Below, in pieces: positions 27,401 to 40,262 of a DNA stretch of 64,000 nucleotides. The notes beneath the pieces are model-generated. The model was given only the letters and a program-made list of their open reading frames with translations. It did not search any database and was not told where the DNA came from. The translations under genes were made by a program, and so were the position numbers. Source of the stretch: Nemertoderma westbladi (lineage: Eukaryota; Animalia; Xenacoelomorpha); contig JAUCBJ010000419.1 in NCBI GenBank assembly GCA_032718475.1, forward strand, positions 13,340 to 77,339. The letters run 5' to 3'. Positions within the stretch are counted from its first letter, which is position 1; every line of letters begins with the position of its first letter.

Positions 27401-30400
27401 GTGGTAGACACACCTATTCACCTATTTGCAGTGGTAGTCACACCTACTCACCTATTTGCAGTGGTAGTCAGTAGTCACACCTACTCACCTATTTGCAGTG
27501 GTAGTCAGTAGTCACACCTACTCACCTATTAGCAGTGGTAGTCAGTAGTCACACCTACTCACCTATTAGCAGTGGTAGTCTAGTCAGTAGTCACCTACTC
27601 ACCTATTAGCAGTGGTAGACACACCTACTCACCTATTTGCAGTGGTAGTCACACCTACTCACCTATTAGCAGTGGTAGTCAGTAGTCACACCTACTCACC
27701 TATTTGCAGTGGTAGTCACACCTACTCACCTATTAGCAGTGGTAGTCAGTAGTCACACCTACTCACCTATTAGAAGTGGTAGTCACACCTACTCACCTAT
27801 TAGCAGTGGTAGTCAGTAGTCACACCTACTCACCTATTAGAAGTGGTAGTCACACCTACTCACCTATTAGCAGTGGTAGTCAGTAGTCACACCTACTCAC
27901 CTATTAGCAGTGGTAGACACACCTACTCACCTATTTGCAGTGGTAGTCAGTAGTCACAGCTACTCACCTATTTGCAGTGGTAGTCACACCTACTCACCTA
28001 TTAGCAGTGGTAGTCAGTAGTCACACCTACTCACCTATTAGAAGTGGTAGTCACACCTACTCACCTATTAGCAGTGGTAGTCAGTAGTCACACCTACTCA
28101 CCTATTAGCAGTGGTAGACACACCTACTCACCTATTAGCAGTGGTAGACACACCTACTCACCTTTTTGCAGTGGTAGTCAGTAGTCACAGCTACTCACCT
28201 ATTTGCAGTGGTAGTCACACCTACTCACCTATTTGCAGTGGTAGTCACACCTACTCACCTATTAGCAGTGGTAGTCAGTAGTCACACCTACTCACCTATT
28301 AGAAGTGGTAGTCACACCTACTCACCTATTAGCAGTGGTAGTCAGTAGTCACACCTACTCACCTTTTAGAAGTGGTAGTCACACCTACTCACCTATTAGC
28401 AGTGGTAGTCAGTAGTCACACCTACTCACCTATTTGCAGTGGTAGTCACACCTACTCACCTATTAGCAGTGGTAGTCAGTAGTCACACCTACTCACCTAT
28501 TAGAAGTGGTAGTCACACCTACTCACCTATTAGCAGTGGTAGTCAGTAGTCACACCTACTCACCTATTAGAAGTGGTAGTCACACCTACTCACCTATTAG
28601 CAGTGGTAGTCAGTAGTCACACCTACTCACCTATTAGCAGTGGTAGACACACCTACTCACCTATTTGCAGTGGTAGTCAGTAGTCACAGCTACTCACCTA
28701 TTTGCAGTGGTAGTCACACCTACTCACCTATTAGCAGTGGTAGTCAGTAGTCACACCTACTCACCTATTAGAAGTGGTAGTCACACCTACTCACCTATTA
28801 GCAGTGGTAGACACACCTACTCACCTATTTGCAGTGGTAGTCACACCTACTCACCTATTAGCAGTGGTAGTCAGTAGTCACACCTACTCACCTATTAGAA
28901 GTGGTAGTCACACCTACTCACCTATTAGCAGTGGTAGTCAGTAGTCACACCTACTCACCTATTAGCAGTGGTAGACACACCTACTCACCTATTAGCAGTG
29001 GTAGACACACCTACTCACCTTTTTGCAGTGGTAGTCAGTAGTCACACCTACTCACCTATTAGCAGTGGTAGTCAGTAGTCACACCTACTCTCCTATTTGC
29101 AGTGGTAGTCAGTAGTCACACCTACTCACCTATTTGCAGTGGTAGTCAGTAGTCAAACCTACTCACCTATTAGAAGTGGTAGTCACACCTACTCACCTAT
29201 TAGCAGTGGTAGTCAGTAGTCACACCTACTCACCTATTAGAAGTGGTAGTCACACCTACTCACCTATTAGCAGTGGTAGTCAGTAGTCACACCTACTCAC
29301 CTATTAGCAGTGGTAGACACACCTACTCACCTATTAGCAGTGGTAGTCAGTAGTCACACCTACTCACCTATTAGAAGTGGTAGTCACACCTACTCACCTA
29401 TTTGCAGTGGTAGTCACACCTACTCACCTATTAGCAGTGGTAGTCAGTAGTCACACCTACTCACCTATTAGAAGTGATAGTCAGTAGTCACACCTATTCA
29501 CCTATTTGCAGTGGTAGTCACACCTACTCACCTATTTGCAGTGGTAGTCAGTAGTCACACCTACTCACCTATTAGCAGTGGTAGTCAGTAGTCACACCTA
29601 CTCACCTATTAGAAGTGGTAGTCACACCTACTCACCTATTAGCAGTGGTAGTCAGTAGTCACACCTACTCACCTATTAGCAGTGGTAGTCACACCTACTC
29701 ACCTATTAGCAGTGGTAGTCAGTAGTCACACCTACTCACCTATTAGAAGTGGTAGTCAGTAGTCACACCTACTCACCTATTTGCAGTGGTAGTCACACCT
29801 ACTCACCTATTTGCAGTGGTAGTCAGTAGTCACACCTATTCACCTATTTGCAGTGGTAGTCACACCTACTCACCTATTTGCAGTGGTAGTCAGTAGTCAC
29901 ACCTACTCACCTATTTGCAGTGGTAGTCAGTAGTCACACCTACTCAACTATTTGCAGTGGTAGTCACACCTACTCACCTATTAGCAGTGGTAGTCACACC
30001 TACTCACCTATTTGCAGTGGTAGTCAGTAGTCACACCTATTCACCTATTTGCAGTGGTAGTCACACCTACTCACCTATTTGCAGTGGTAGTCAGTAGTCA
30101 CACCTACTCACCTATTTGCAGTGGTAGTCAGTAGTCACACCTACTCACTTATTAGCAGTGGTAGTCACACCTACTCACCTATTAGCAGTGGTAGTCAGTA
30201 GTCACACCTACTCACCTATTAGCAGTGGTAGACACACCTACTCACCTATTAGCAGTGGTAGTCACACCTATTCACCTATTAGCAGTGGTAGTCAGTAGTC
30301 ACACCTACTCACCTATTAGAAGTGGTAGTCACACCTACTCACCTATTTGCAGTGGTAGACACACCTACTCACCTATTAGCAGTGGTAGTCACACCTATTC

Positions 30401-33400
30401 ACCTATTAGCAGTGGTAGTCAGTAGTCACACCTACTCACCTATTAGCAGTGGTAGTCAGTAGTCACACCTACTCACCTATTAGCAGTGGTAGTCACACCT
30501 ACTCACCTATTTGCAGTGGTAGTCAGTAGTCACACCTACTCACCTATTTGCAGTGGTAGTCAGTAGTCACACCTACTCACCTATTAGCAGTGGTAGTCAC
30601 ACCTATTCACCTATTTGCAGTGGTAGTCAGTAGTCACACCTACTCACCTATTAGAAGTGGTAGTCACACCTACTCACCTATTTGCAGTGGTAGTCACACC
30701 TACTCACCTATTAGCAGTGGTAGTCAGTAGTCACACCTACTCACCTATTTGCAGTGGTAGTCAGTAGTCACACCTACTCACCTATTAGCAGTGGTAGTCA
30801 CACCTATTCACCTATTTGCAGTGGTAGTCAGTAGTCACACCTACTCACCTATTAGAAGTGGTAGTCACACCTACTCACCTATTTGCAGTGGTAGTCACAC
30901 CTACTCACCTATTAGCAGTGGTAGTCAGTAGTCACACCTACTCACCTATTAGAAGTGATAGTCAGTAGTCACACCTATTCACCTATTTGCAGTGGTAGTC
31001 ACACCTACTCACCTATTTGCAGTGGTAGTCAGTAGTCACACCTACTCACCTATTAGCAGTGGTAGTCAGTAGTCACACCTACTCACCTATTAGAAGTGGT
31101 AGTCACACCTACTCACCTATTTGCAGTGGTAGTCACACCTACTCACCTATTTACAGTGGTAGTCACACCTACTCACCTATTTGCAGTGGTAGTCACACCT
31201 ACTCACCTATTTGCAGTGGTAGTCACACCTACTCACCTATTTGCAGTGGTAGTCTGGGCTCAGATGCGCTAACAACCCACAACTGTTTCACACTTAACTC
31301 GACTTCCTGTTGGGAACAACTCTCTACTAATTGGGGAACCGATGTAACAACAGCTTCAATATCAACGATACTCTCTTTGGTGACACTGGATGGGATAAAA
31401 GTAAAACATTACTACAACATTGTTCGGTTTGTTTAATATTTGTAGTGCATATTTATCAGAAACTCTTTACTTGAATAATTAAATAATTTAATATTTTTAC
31501 CCATTTATTGACTGATATTGATAAAAATGAACATGACATCAGGAAATACCCCCCCCCCCCCCCCCCCCACCCCCCTCCGCTTATGGTCAATGTTACACAG
31601 GGTGATTAGTAATTAGGTCAAATCATCCACAAAATGGGTCGATTCATATCTTTATATTTTACTATAATCTGTCCATGGAATCTTTTCAAAATAAATAATG
31701 GATACCATCTGGAAATCAGACCTCCCCGTCACTTGAAGACTAAATTCTTTCGAGCCACAGTGGAAGGTTTACGCTGTACGGGGGTGAGACCTGGACACTG
31801 ACTAAATCACTTGAACAACGAATTGATGGTTGCTACACAAGACTACTAAGGGCAGCCCTAAACATCAGCTGGAGACAACACATGACAAACGCCGAGCTTT
31901 ATGGTACAATACCACCTGTATCAACCACCCTCCGTGAACGCAGATTAAGATTCAGTGGGCACTGCTGGCGAAGTTAAGACGAGGTCATACCAGATCTACT
32001 TCTCTAGCAACCAACTCATGGAAAGCGTAGACGTTGACGACCGGCCTTAACATATATAATCTACTTGAATGTAATTAACGAAATTGTTGAATAACGAATA
32101 CGACATCCCATATAAATACTAATGTTGAGTGTTATATTGAAATGAAACAAACATATACTGTGGAACCTTTGATATGGAATCACATACCCCACCCCACCTT
32201 CTCAAGTGACGGCATTATAATGGTGGCCAAACCTAGTGGTTTGGACACAATATCATAATAATTTCGGAAACCTTATTCATATCGAAGGGCCCTAATTAAC
32301 CTTCAGTCAGATGTGTCAATCATTGTCGATATGGTTATGTTCAATTTAATACGATTTGAGAGTCAGAGAAATCTAAATATTAATATTAATCGACACAATA
32401 GTAATTAACCAATGACTCATATTAATGATACAAACGATACTCACTTGGCGGCGAATTTAACCATCCCCTTGGATACGGTTTCGGATACGAATAGAACTGC
32501 TTGCACGGTGTACTGCCTGTCGCGAATTACAAGGAAACATTGTTTCCCTTTGGCTCTACTGGTGTGTAAACGCCCGCGCACCCAGACAGTGGAGCCCGCA
32601 ACATCAGCCAGCATATCCTTAACATTAGATATACATCGATCTACAATGGTAATTAATTCGTGTAAAATGGGGTTGAGTGATAGTGATAGTCTGTTATCAA
32701 TACTATGTGGCGCAGCAATCACGACTAACTAGCAAATATAACTAACTTACCTAACTACATAACCTAACTAACCGATTCTTTCTTTCGATTTAATTGTTTC
32801 ATAGACACCGTAGCGACCTACGGATACATCTACTGCCTCTGCGGAATCTCCAGCCTAAAAAACATAAAATAAAATGTTAGAAAGTCGGGGTCGGAAACAA
32901 CATCGTGATCGAATCCACCCGCACCCAGCACCCACATCGCCTTGGGTTCTCTAACAACGAACCCACCCACATCGCCTTGGGTTCTCTAACAACAAACCCA
33001 CCCACATCGTCTTGGGTTCTCTAACAACGAACCCACCCACATCGCCTTGGGTTCTCTAACAACGAACCTACATCGCCTTGGGTTCTCTAACAACGAACCC
33101 ACCCACATCGCCTTGGGTTCTCTAACAACGAACCCACCCACATCGCCTTGGGTTCTCTAACAACGAACCCACCCACATCGCCTTGGGTTCTCTAACAACA
33201 AACCCACCCACATCACCTTGGGTTCTTTAACAACGAACCCACACACATCGCCTCGGGTTCTCTAACAATGAATGAACCCACATCGCCTTGGGTTCTTTAA
33301 CAACGAACTCACCCACATCGCCTTGGGTTCTCTAACAACGCACCCGCTCACATCGCCTTGGGTTCTCAACAACGAACCCACCTGCCACCCACATCGCCTT

Positions 33401-33897
33401 GGGCTGTTGGGTTCTCTAACAACGAACCCACCCACCTCGCCTTGTGTTCTCTAACAACGAAACCACTCACATCCAGCTCTTGGGTCCTTTGCTCTTCCTT
33501 CTTCGTTGCCTTCTCTTCCTTCTTCTGTTGTTTCTTCAGAGCTTTTTTAGATAGGGTAGGTTCGTCTACGTCATCGACTGGAACACGGCTGCAATGCAAA
33601 CAGAAACTCCAATATCAGCATTCAATCCGCATTTGTTGATTGAAGTTAAAGTACGGTACCGGTACAGATAGGCCTATAGTACACCAATTAAAGGGTTTAC
33701 TTAATTCAATTAGGCCTAGGCCTAACCAAATAATCGAATTAAAATTGTGCGTGATAGGGATGTTGGGTTGACAACCTAACCGAAATATTACCGATGACTG
33801 CAGAGGCTCTGATTTACGAAATTAAGTATAATTACTGATACAGTTAAGTTAAACTTCCGGACTTCAGGACTTACCCGTTAAGAGATACATCTTCCAT
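15476..33897 (-). CDS. DARS1: Aspartate--tRNA ligase, cytoplasmic (534 aa, 11 coding exons)
   Basis: Exons 33897-33875, 33588-33471, 32854-32773, 32640-32445, 31385-31237, 18632-18429, 18333-18199, 18002-17786, 17678-17555, 17167-16975, 15639-15476; all GT-AG with consistent phases. Motifs [94 protein letters not shown]. Confidence 0.97.
15730..16360 (+). mobile_element. 5'-truncated CRE-clade-like non-LTR retrotransposon fragment (restriction-like endonuclease domain), disrupted
   Basis: HALSCK..VVKRH..DEVR (knuckle, frameshifted), [44 protein letters not shown]; lies antisense in DARS1 intron 10. Confidence 0.7.
16600..17011 (-). repeat. 39-bp repeat (6 copies plus degenerate tail) made of the DARS1 exon-10 tail plus donor
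   Basis: Unit GAGTTACTAACGGAGCGAGCATTACACCACGGTCTAG|GT, encoding [13 protein letters not shown] in frame. Confidence 0.95.
18714..31254 (-). repeat. 12.5-kb 30/37-bp minisatellite made of the DARS1 exon-5 tail plus donor
   Basis: Minus-strand unit GACTACCACTGCAAATAG|GTGAGTAGGTGT, with an optional 7-bp GACTACT insert. The first unit is the exon end encoding LPLQI. Confidence 0.98.
31688..32062 (+). mobile_element. RTE-like LINE fragment in DARS1 intron 4
   Basis: Matches the reverse complement of ~51860-52230 ([27 protein letters not shown]..) with stops and frameshifts. Confidence 0.85.
32930..33490 (-). repeat. ~35-bp minisatellite (~15 copies) made of a degenerate DARS1 exon-2 tail plus donor
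   Basis: Unit AGAACCCAAGGCGAT|GTGGGTGGGTTCGTTGTTAG versus real junction AGGACCCAAGAGCTGGAT|GTGAGTGGTTTCGTTGTTAG. Confidence 0.9.
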
Positions 33898-35204
33898 GAC
33901 ATTGCTAACTTTATCCATAATATCCAAATAGGACAGTAGGATTTAGGCTGACCAGCTAACAGGTAACGCCGCTGTTAGAATAGACTATAAAAGTATAAGT
34001 ACTGAAGTAATTAATAGACAGATAGATACCGGTAATAAATATTACTGTACTAAAGTTATCTGGTTATCTGGTTATACAGTTATAGGCCTATTAAAATTAT
34101 AATTTGTCTGTTAGTATTAGCCATACTGCCTGATTGTCAGAGTGTATTTCGCGCCGAAGATAAACGTGTTCTCAGTTCTGGCCGAATAGTGCAGTCAGTC
34201 TGTCTGTACCGGTACTGTAGAGTATTTCTCGGTGGAAACAAGGCGGGTTCGTTGGTCTATCTGTCTATTGGCCGAACCCGATCGCAGTGTAAAAGGTACG
34301 CCCAGCCCATGTGCAGAATACAGGAATACCAGCAGACCAGGCAGCCAGCTTTTCACTTTTCGGTCGGAATTTTATTGTATTAACATTTTATATAGACTGA
34401 TAGAGTACTTTAGTATGAATAATTTATATTTTTTGAAATGTAACCTATTGTTGTTCCGGCAAATAGGCCTACTAATTAGTTTAGTTTTGGTTAGATTCAG
34501 CCTTTCTGACAAGTCCCTAAAAGGTGCCGCTAATAAGAATACTCCAGTATTGCAAAATACTGTACATCATATACTGTCATACCCCAGCCCAAGCCTTCTG
34601 CTGCTACAGTAGTTAGAGGTGAGTCATGAATGGTTCTGGGCTGAAATAGCCCCGAAATAGGTGGTACCTGTGTAGTGTATAAAATTTTGCAGCCAAGTCT
34701 GCAGTTGGCATAGTTTAACATCAGTATTACCATTCATGACTCACTCTATTACAAAACATAGAAGATTCGTGATCTTGGTTACAAGTTAGTTTATGTAGTA
34801 CGGTACATCTCAGTACCTGTACCAATAAATAATATAATATTGCATCAGCCCCGGAAGTTTGGAAGAATAAATAATATGTGGGTAATATCTAGATGAGTCT
34901 GAGGGTAGATAATGAAATGGAACCAAATTTGGTAGTTTAGTAGTATCAGTATAATAATTATAGACGCAATAACAATGTTTTGGCAAGCTGTATTTTTCGA
35001 GGTGTTTGTTATAATACATTTATAGGAAAGGATCTAGGGGTCTTAACCTCGAATGATAAGTTTATTTTACCGAAAATAACTTATCTTTTATTGGCGCAAT
35101 TGTAGGACTAATCCCATCACATGCGTACTTTTTTTTAACTGGGTAGTGTACAAATTTAGGAATCGCGTAATTTTTCTTGAAATTAATATATCATATCTCT
35201 CCAA

Positions 35205-35247
35205 ACCACGTATGCGTTTCGACCTTACTGGGTCTCTTCAGCATGGT
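35205..35247 (-). ncRNA. Minimal type I hammerhead ribozyme (Penelope-type)
   Basis: ACCAUG CUGAAGA GACC-CAGUAA-GGUC GAAA CGCA UA CGUGGU: core CUGANGA/GAAA/UH, 6-bp stem I, 4-bp stem II. Confidence 0.8.
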
Positions 35248-35320
35248 GTCGAATTCGAACCTGGGACCTCGAGGTGGAAGCCGAGACAACATCCACGAGG
35301 CCGAGGGGGTGGGTACACCA
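35248..35320 (-). promoter_or_regulatory. tRNA-derived Pol III head directly 5' of the hammerhead
   Basis: A-box-like TCGGCCTCGTGG, anticodon-arm-like CTCGGCTTCCACCTCGAG, B box GGTTCGAATTC. Confidence 0.6.
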
Positions 35321-35526
35321 TTTTGGTCAAAAATATGTCGAAATTAGTTTTATGATCTTATTACAGCATAATAAACGATTAAATGGTGTTTCCAAATCTG
35401 AAAACCGCTATTTAATAGCTCTTTTAGTTTTCAAGTTATAAGAATTTCCATTTAGGGAGACCTATTGAAATTACTATTACTATGTATAATGAAAGGTCGA
35501 TTATTTCCAAATATTTTTTTATGAAA

Positions 35527-36031
35527 TACTACTACTACTAAGTCGAGCAAACTCGGACAGTGGAAATGAGATCCTTCCAGGCTTCCCGATTCTCCATAGT
35601 TGTCGCAATTTCGTTTCTCCCAAGTTCAGTATCCCTTTCAAGTTGATCTATATATGTTATGGCCGGTCGTCCACGACTAAATGAGATCCTTCCAGGCTTC
35701 CCGATTCTCCATAGTTGTCGCAATTTCGTTTCTCCCAAGTTCAGTATCCCTTTCAAGTTGATCTATATATGTTATGGCCGGTCGTCCACGACTACGCTTT
35801 CCATGAGTTGGTTGCCAGAAAAGTAGATCTGGTATGACCTCGTCTTTACTTCGCCAGCAGTGCCCACTGAATCTTAATCTGCGTTCACGGAGGGTGGTTG
35901 ATACAGGTGGTATTGTACCATAAAGTTCGGCGTTTGTCATGTGTTGTCTCCAGCTGATGTTTAGGGCTGACCTTAGTAGTCTTGTATAGCAACCATCAAT
36001 TCGTTGTTCAAGTGATTTAGTCAGTGTCCAG
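35527..36031 (-). mobile_element. RTE-like LINE 3' fragment with internal duplication of its 3' end
   Basis: Near-identical to 51753-52130; the block encoding SRGRPAITYIDQLERDTELG..WKDLI occurs twice; (TAG)n tail. Confidence 0.88.
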
Positions 36032-36048
36032 CGTCAGCGTCCATTTAC

Positions 36049-36066
36049 AGCGCCACCTAGCGGAGC
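36049..36066 (-). promoter_or_regulatory. Strong CTCF-consensus site
   Basis: CTCCGCTAGGTGGCGCTG on minus fits the CCRSYAGRKGGCR core. Confidence 0.45.
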
Positions 36067-37635
36067 GGTGCAGAATTATTTTCACAAAATTTCGCCTGAT
36101 AGTTACGTTACCCCCATCTTTGCTATATCTTATAAAAAAAACTTTTATGTGATTAGATTCAAAACTGTAAAAGCCTTAGGGTTTTAAGCGTAACCAAGTT
36201 TTATAGCGAAAAATAAAATTTTTCTGACCTGTCATGTAGAATAGCATCTTCTTATTCCAAATTATAGCCAAAACCAAACAATTTTGAAACGATGGGATTG
36301 ATAAATCTACCCCCCCCCCCCCCCCCCCCCCCCTTAAAGTGCTGTAAGGTACCCTGGGCCTATTGCAGTATTATTATACTTAAGTCTATGGAGAGGGGGG
36401 CATTCCGCGCGGGGGCATAATTCGCGTAGGACACCGGTTGACCGGTGTTTGAGTACTGTAGGGTTTACTGCCTCCTGATAACTCCTTTAAATTCAATAAT
36501 AGTGTTTATAGTTGTTTTAAGGGCTCCTGAAATGTTACTCTAGTATTTTAAGGGCCCCTGCTAATTACGTGCAATATGGCATTTTGAAACCAGCTGATGG
36601 CGTTGCTAGATACCCTGTTTAAAACCAATTAGGAAATAGTGATTCTAATATAATAGTGCTGATAGTAGTGATTCTAAGGTTGCGACCGAGACATGGATAA
36701 AGTCTCCTGAAGCAGTGTCACAGCCGTCTACTAACTAACACCAAGGTAGTTCGTTGAAAGTATCGGACGTATATGAGCGGTACACTGAAAGTAATTCAGT
36801 AAGGTGATCTTCGACACCGAAAGAGCTTTACAGCTTTCTCCTGATAAATCTCTATCTCAATAAATTTTGTTAATGAAGTGACGGCCAAAATTAATTGAAA
36901 AAATTTAATGGTGGAATTCTGTATATGAGAAGTGTAGGCGTGCAGGAAGGAATGGATGGTGACTGAATTAGTTGGAAGAATTAGAGTTTATTTGGTTATT
37001 TTTCTAAAAAGCATTTAAAATAACTCGTATATTATCTGAAATACTATCTGAAGATACTTATTAACAGGTTGCAACACTTAACAGGCAAAAGATACGTGGG
37101 GCACGGTAGGGGCTCGATTCAACAATGTTAATTATCAATTAGGGAAAGAAACACCTTTTAGGGGCTGCATGTTATTCTAATCAAAAAATAATGACAAGAT
37201 TTAATATCAGATTTGTTTTCGTCCCAATCAACTATTTTATTCGAGTCCTCCTCATTTATAAAAAAAATATATAGCTGATAATAAAACACATTCGTTTGTG
37301 CAAAAGGGTAACGGTGTCGCGTAGTAACGGTGTACTGTAAAGTAATGAAAACTTTAATAATAAATAGTCCGCCTTAAGGATATATTAATCGAATGCGAGT
37401 TGAGATACAATTCGGGGTTTGAGTTACGACCACATTTTCATTACTGGAACAGTTGAATTCCTATCCAATGCTGATCCCAACATAAATACAATACCAAATA
37501 GCAAAATCCACAAAATATAACCAAAAACAAATCGATTCGGGTAACAGATATTTATTGAGATACATACCGGTATATAACGTAACAGAAATAAATCATAAAC
37601 CCCTCAAATTAACCTACACTAATTACTGTACAATA

Positions 37636-38152
37636 GGCGCCGTCCATAAATGACGTCATGCTTTTTTTTTATCATTTTAGACCCCCCCCCCCCCGTCACA
37701 AACGATAACGAAATCACAGACCCCCCCCCCCCCCCCCCGTAATCGACTACGGTAGATTTACGGTAGTCTACGGTAGTCCTAGCAATTTTACTACGATAGA
37801 TTTAATAAAATTCCGAGTATTACTAGGGTGGGCCTGTTTATCCAGAACTGATATACTGACTTATCACACCGATTTCACACACAGTTGACTGGTTACGCTA
37901 CTCTCTGCTACACTGCTGGCAGTGAGTAACTCAGTAACTAACAACAGACGTGCCGAGCCGACATAGTGCAGCACCTACTACAGTAGCTTGTAGGTTGCTA
38001 CGTTGGTACATACAGTGTGCAGTACAGCTGCGGATAGCCTAAATAGAATGGTCAATGTGACATCACAAAACGGATGACACTTCCTCCCTTGAGACAATTT
38101 GTCACAAAATGTCTGACCCCTCCCCCCTACGCTGCGTGACGTCATTTATGTA
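37636..38152. mobile_element. MITE-like element (PIF/Harbinger-like termini)
   Basis: GTCCATAAATGACGTCA ... TGACGTCATTTATGTAC inverted ends; right end degraded. Confidence 0.45.
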
Positions 38153-38622
38153 CATTATTTGCTTTAGCTTTAAACACAACAAGGAATTGTATGTGACCGA
38201 AAAATACACAAAATTATTCTTGTGAGTAGTTTATAGTATATTATAAATTTCTTACCTCAAAAAGAAAAGATCAGCTGTATAGCCATTCATTCATTCATTA
38301 CATTGTATCACAATCTATTGTATCACAATGAATAGCACAGTGGTTCCTATTTTGAAATTAATTATTTAGTTAGCTACAACACAGTACACATATTATAAAA
38401 AAAAGAAAAGAAACAATATCACAATGGTGTTTCCTAATTCATTATAAAAATGTATGTTTATCAATTTCCACACTGATAAACGTATTGCAGGTAGTATACC
38501 TGTGTGTATTGTTTGTGCACCAGTTTATTAGTTACTGATAAATAAATAATTGATACTATCGAATTCAAAAAAAGGCAATATCAGCAGGTAATGTCAAACT
38601 ACGAGCTCGACTAGCTACAAAT

Positions 38623-38952
38623 TAGTGTTTAAACGGGATCAGACTTTTCGGGATTTCCGGGATCGGGACCGGGATTATCACTCTCGGGATTGGGACCGTT
38701 TTTCGGGATCGGGAGTGCAATTTTGGATTAAATTCCTTAAAGTTATTAGTATATGGGGCGGGTTTTGGGTAACATTCACTTTATCTTACACTTCTGAAAT
38801 ATTTGTAAGACAAAGTCATATTAAAAATTATCTTGCAATTTATAATGGATGGTTTACTGACATAAAAGTTCGATATAATCAAAGCATTTATCAAATATTA
38901 AACAAATGTATATACTTAACTATATTTACTTCGGGAACCCGTTTAAACACTA
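38623..38952. mobile_element. hAT-like MITE
   Basis: 15-bp TIR TAGTGTTTAAACGGG / CCCGTTTAAACACTA; internal CGGGA repeats; imperfect TSD (CTACAAA on both sides). Confidence 0.65.
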
Positions 38953-39244
38953 ACTACAAAACAAATATAACAACCTGCCAAATATATACACCTTTAATTC
39001 TCACTTACACTAAACAAACACGCAAGTAATAATTAAAATATATGGCAAACCAAATAAAATAAACTATATAATTAACAAAATTATTATAATATGAATAGAG
39101 TTGGGTGAGACATGTCAATGGCGGTGTAAGTAGCGAGTTCTTTCCTTTGTCTAACGTGGTGCTTGGAGTGCTTGGGTAAGTAACGTAAAGTATGTATTTG
39201 TATCCCACACTGTTTATAATTTGCTTTATGCAAATTGGAATATA

Positions 39245-40075
39245 GGACCAACAGGCACCGCACTCACACCAACATACACCACACTCACACCAACAGACAC
39301 CACACTCACACCAACAGACAACACACCCACGCCAACAGGCACCACATACACACCAACTACACTCACACTAACTAGACACCTCATTCACACCAACGGACAC
39401 CACACTCATACCCACATACATCTCACTCACACCAACAGGCACCTCACAAACACCGGCGTAAACTACACTCACACCAACAGACACCACTCACACCAACAGA
39501 AACTACACTCACACTAACTGACACCTCACTCAAACCAACGGACATTTCACTCACACCAACAGGCACCCCACCCACGCCAACAGGCACCCCATTCACACCC
39601 ACCAACAGACACCCCACCCACGCCAACAGGTACCACATACATACCAACAGACATCCCACTCACACCCACTAACAGACACCCCACCCACGCCAACAAACAC
39701 CCCACTCACACCAACAGACACCCCACCCACGCCAACAGGCACCACATACACACCAACTACACTCACACTAACTGACACCTCATTCACACCAACGGACACC
39801 ACACTCATACCCACATACATCTCACTCACACCAACAGACACCACACTCACACCAACAGACACCACACTCACACCAACAGACACCTCAACCCAAACCCACA
39901 GACATCTCACTCACACCAACAGACACCTCACTCACACCACACTCATACCAACAGGTACATCACTCACACCCACAGACATCTCACTCACACCAACAGACGC
40001 CATACACACCAACAGACACCACACTCACACCAACAGATACTACACTCACACCAACAGACACCATACACACCAACT
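39245..40075. repeat. Degenerate 21-bp CA-rich minisatellite (CACCACACTCACACCAACAGA)
   Basis: Direct tandem periodicity. Confidence 0.85.
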
Positions 40076-40262
40076 ACAAATAAGGGGGTGCTCTAAAATA
40101 ATGCGGTGCTCATTGACAATTATGTTACGAAACCACAATTATGTTTTATAAGATATATAGCTCGATATTTAGCACAACCCCATAATTTTTAGCCACTAAT
40201 CATTTTCAGTTTAATAGAAGGAGCGGAGCAGCCATTGCAATCGCAAATAAACAACGACCCTT

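Noticed and set aside
18714-31254. CRISPR-like array or coding ORFs (MVVTPTHL.., SHTYSPI..)
   Set aside because: No unique spacers, eukaryotic intron context; the ORFs are translations of the tandem repeat.
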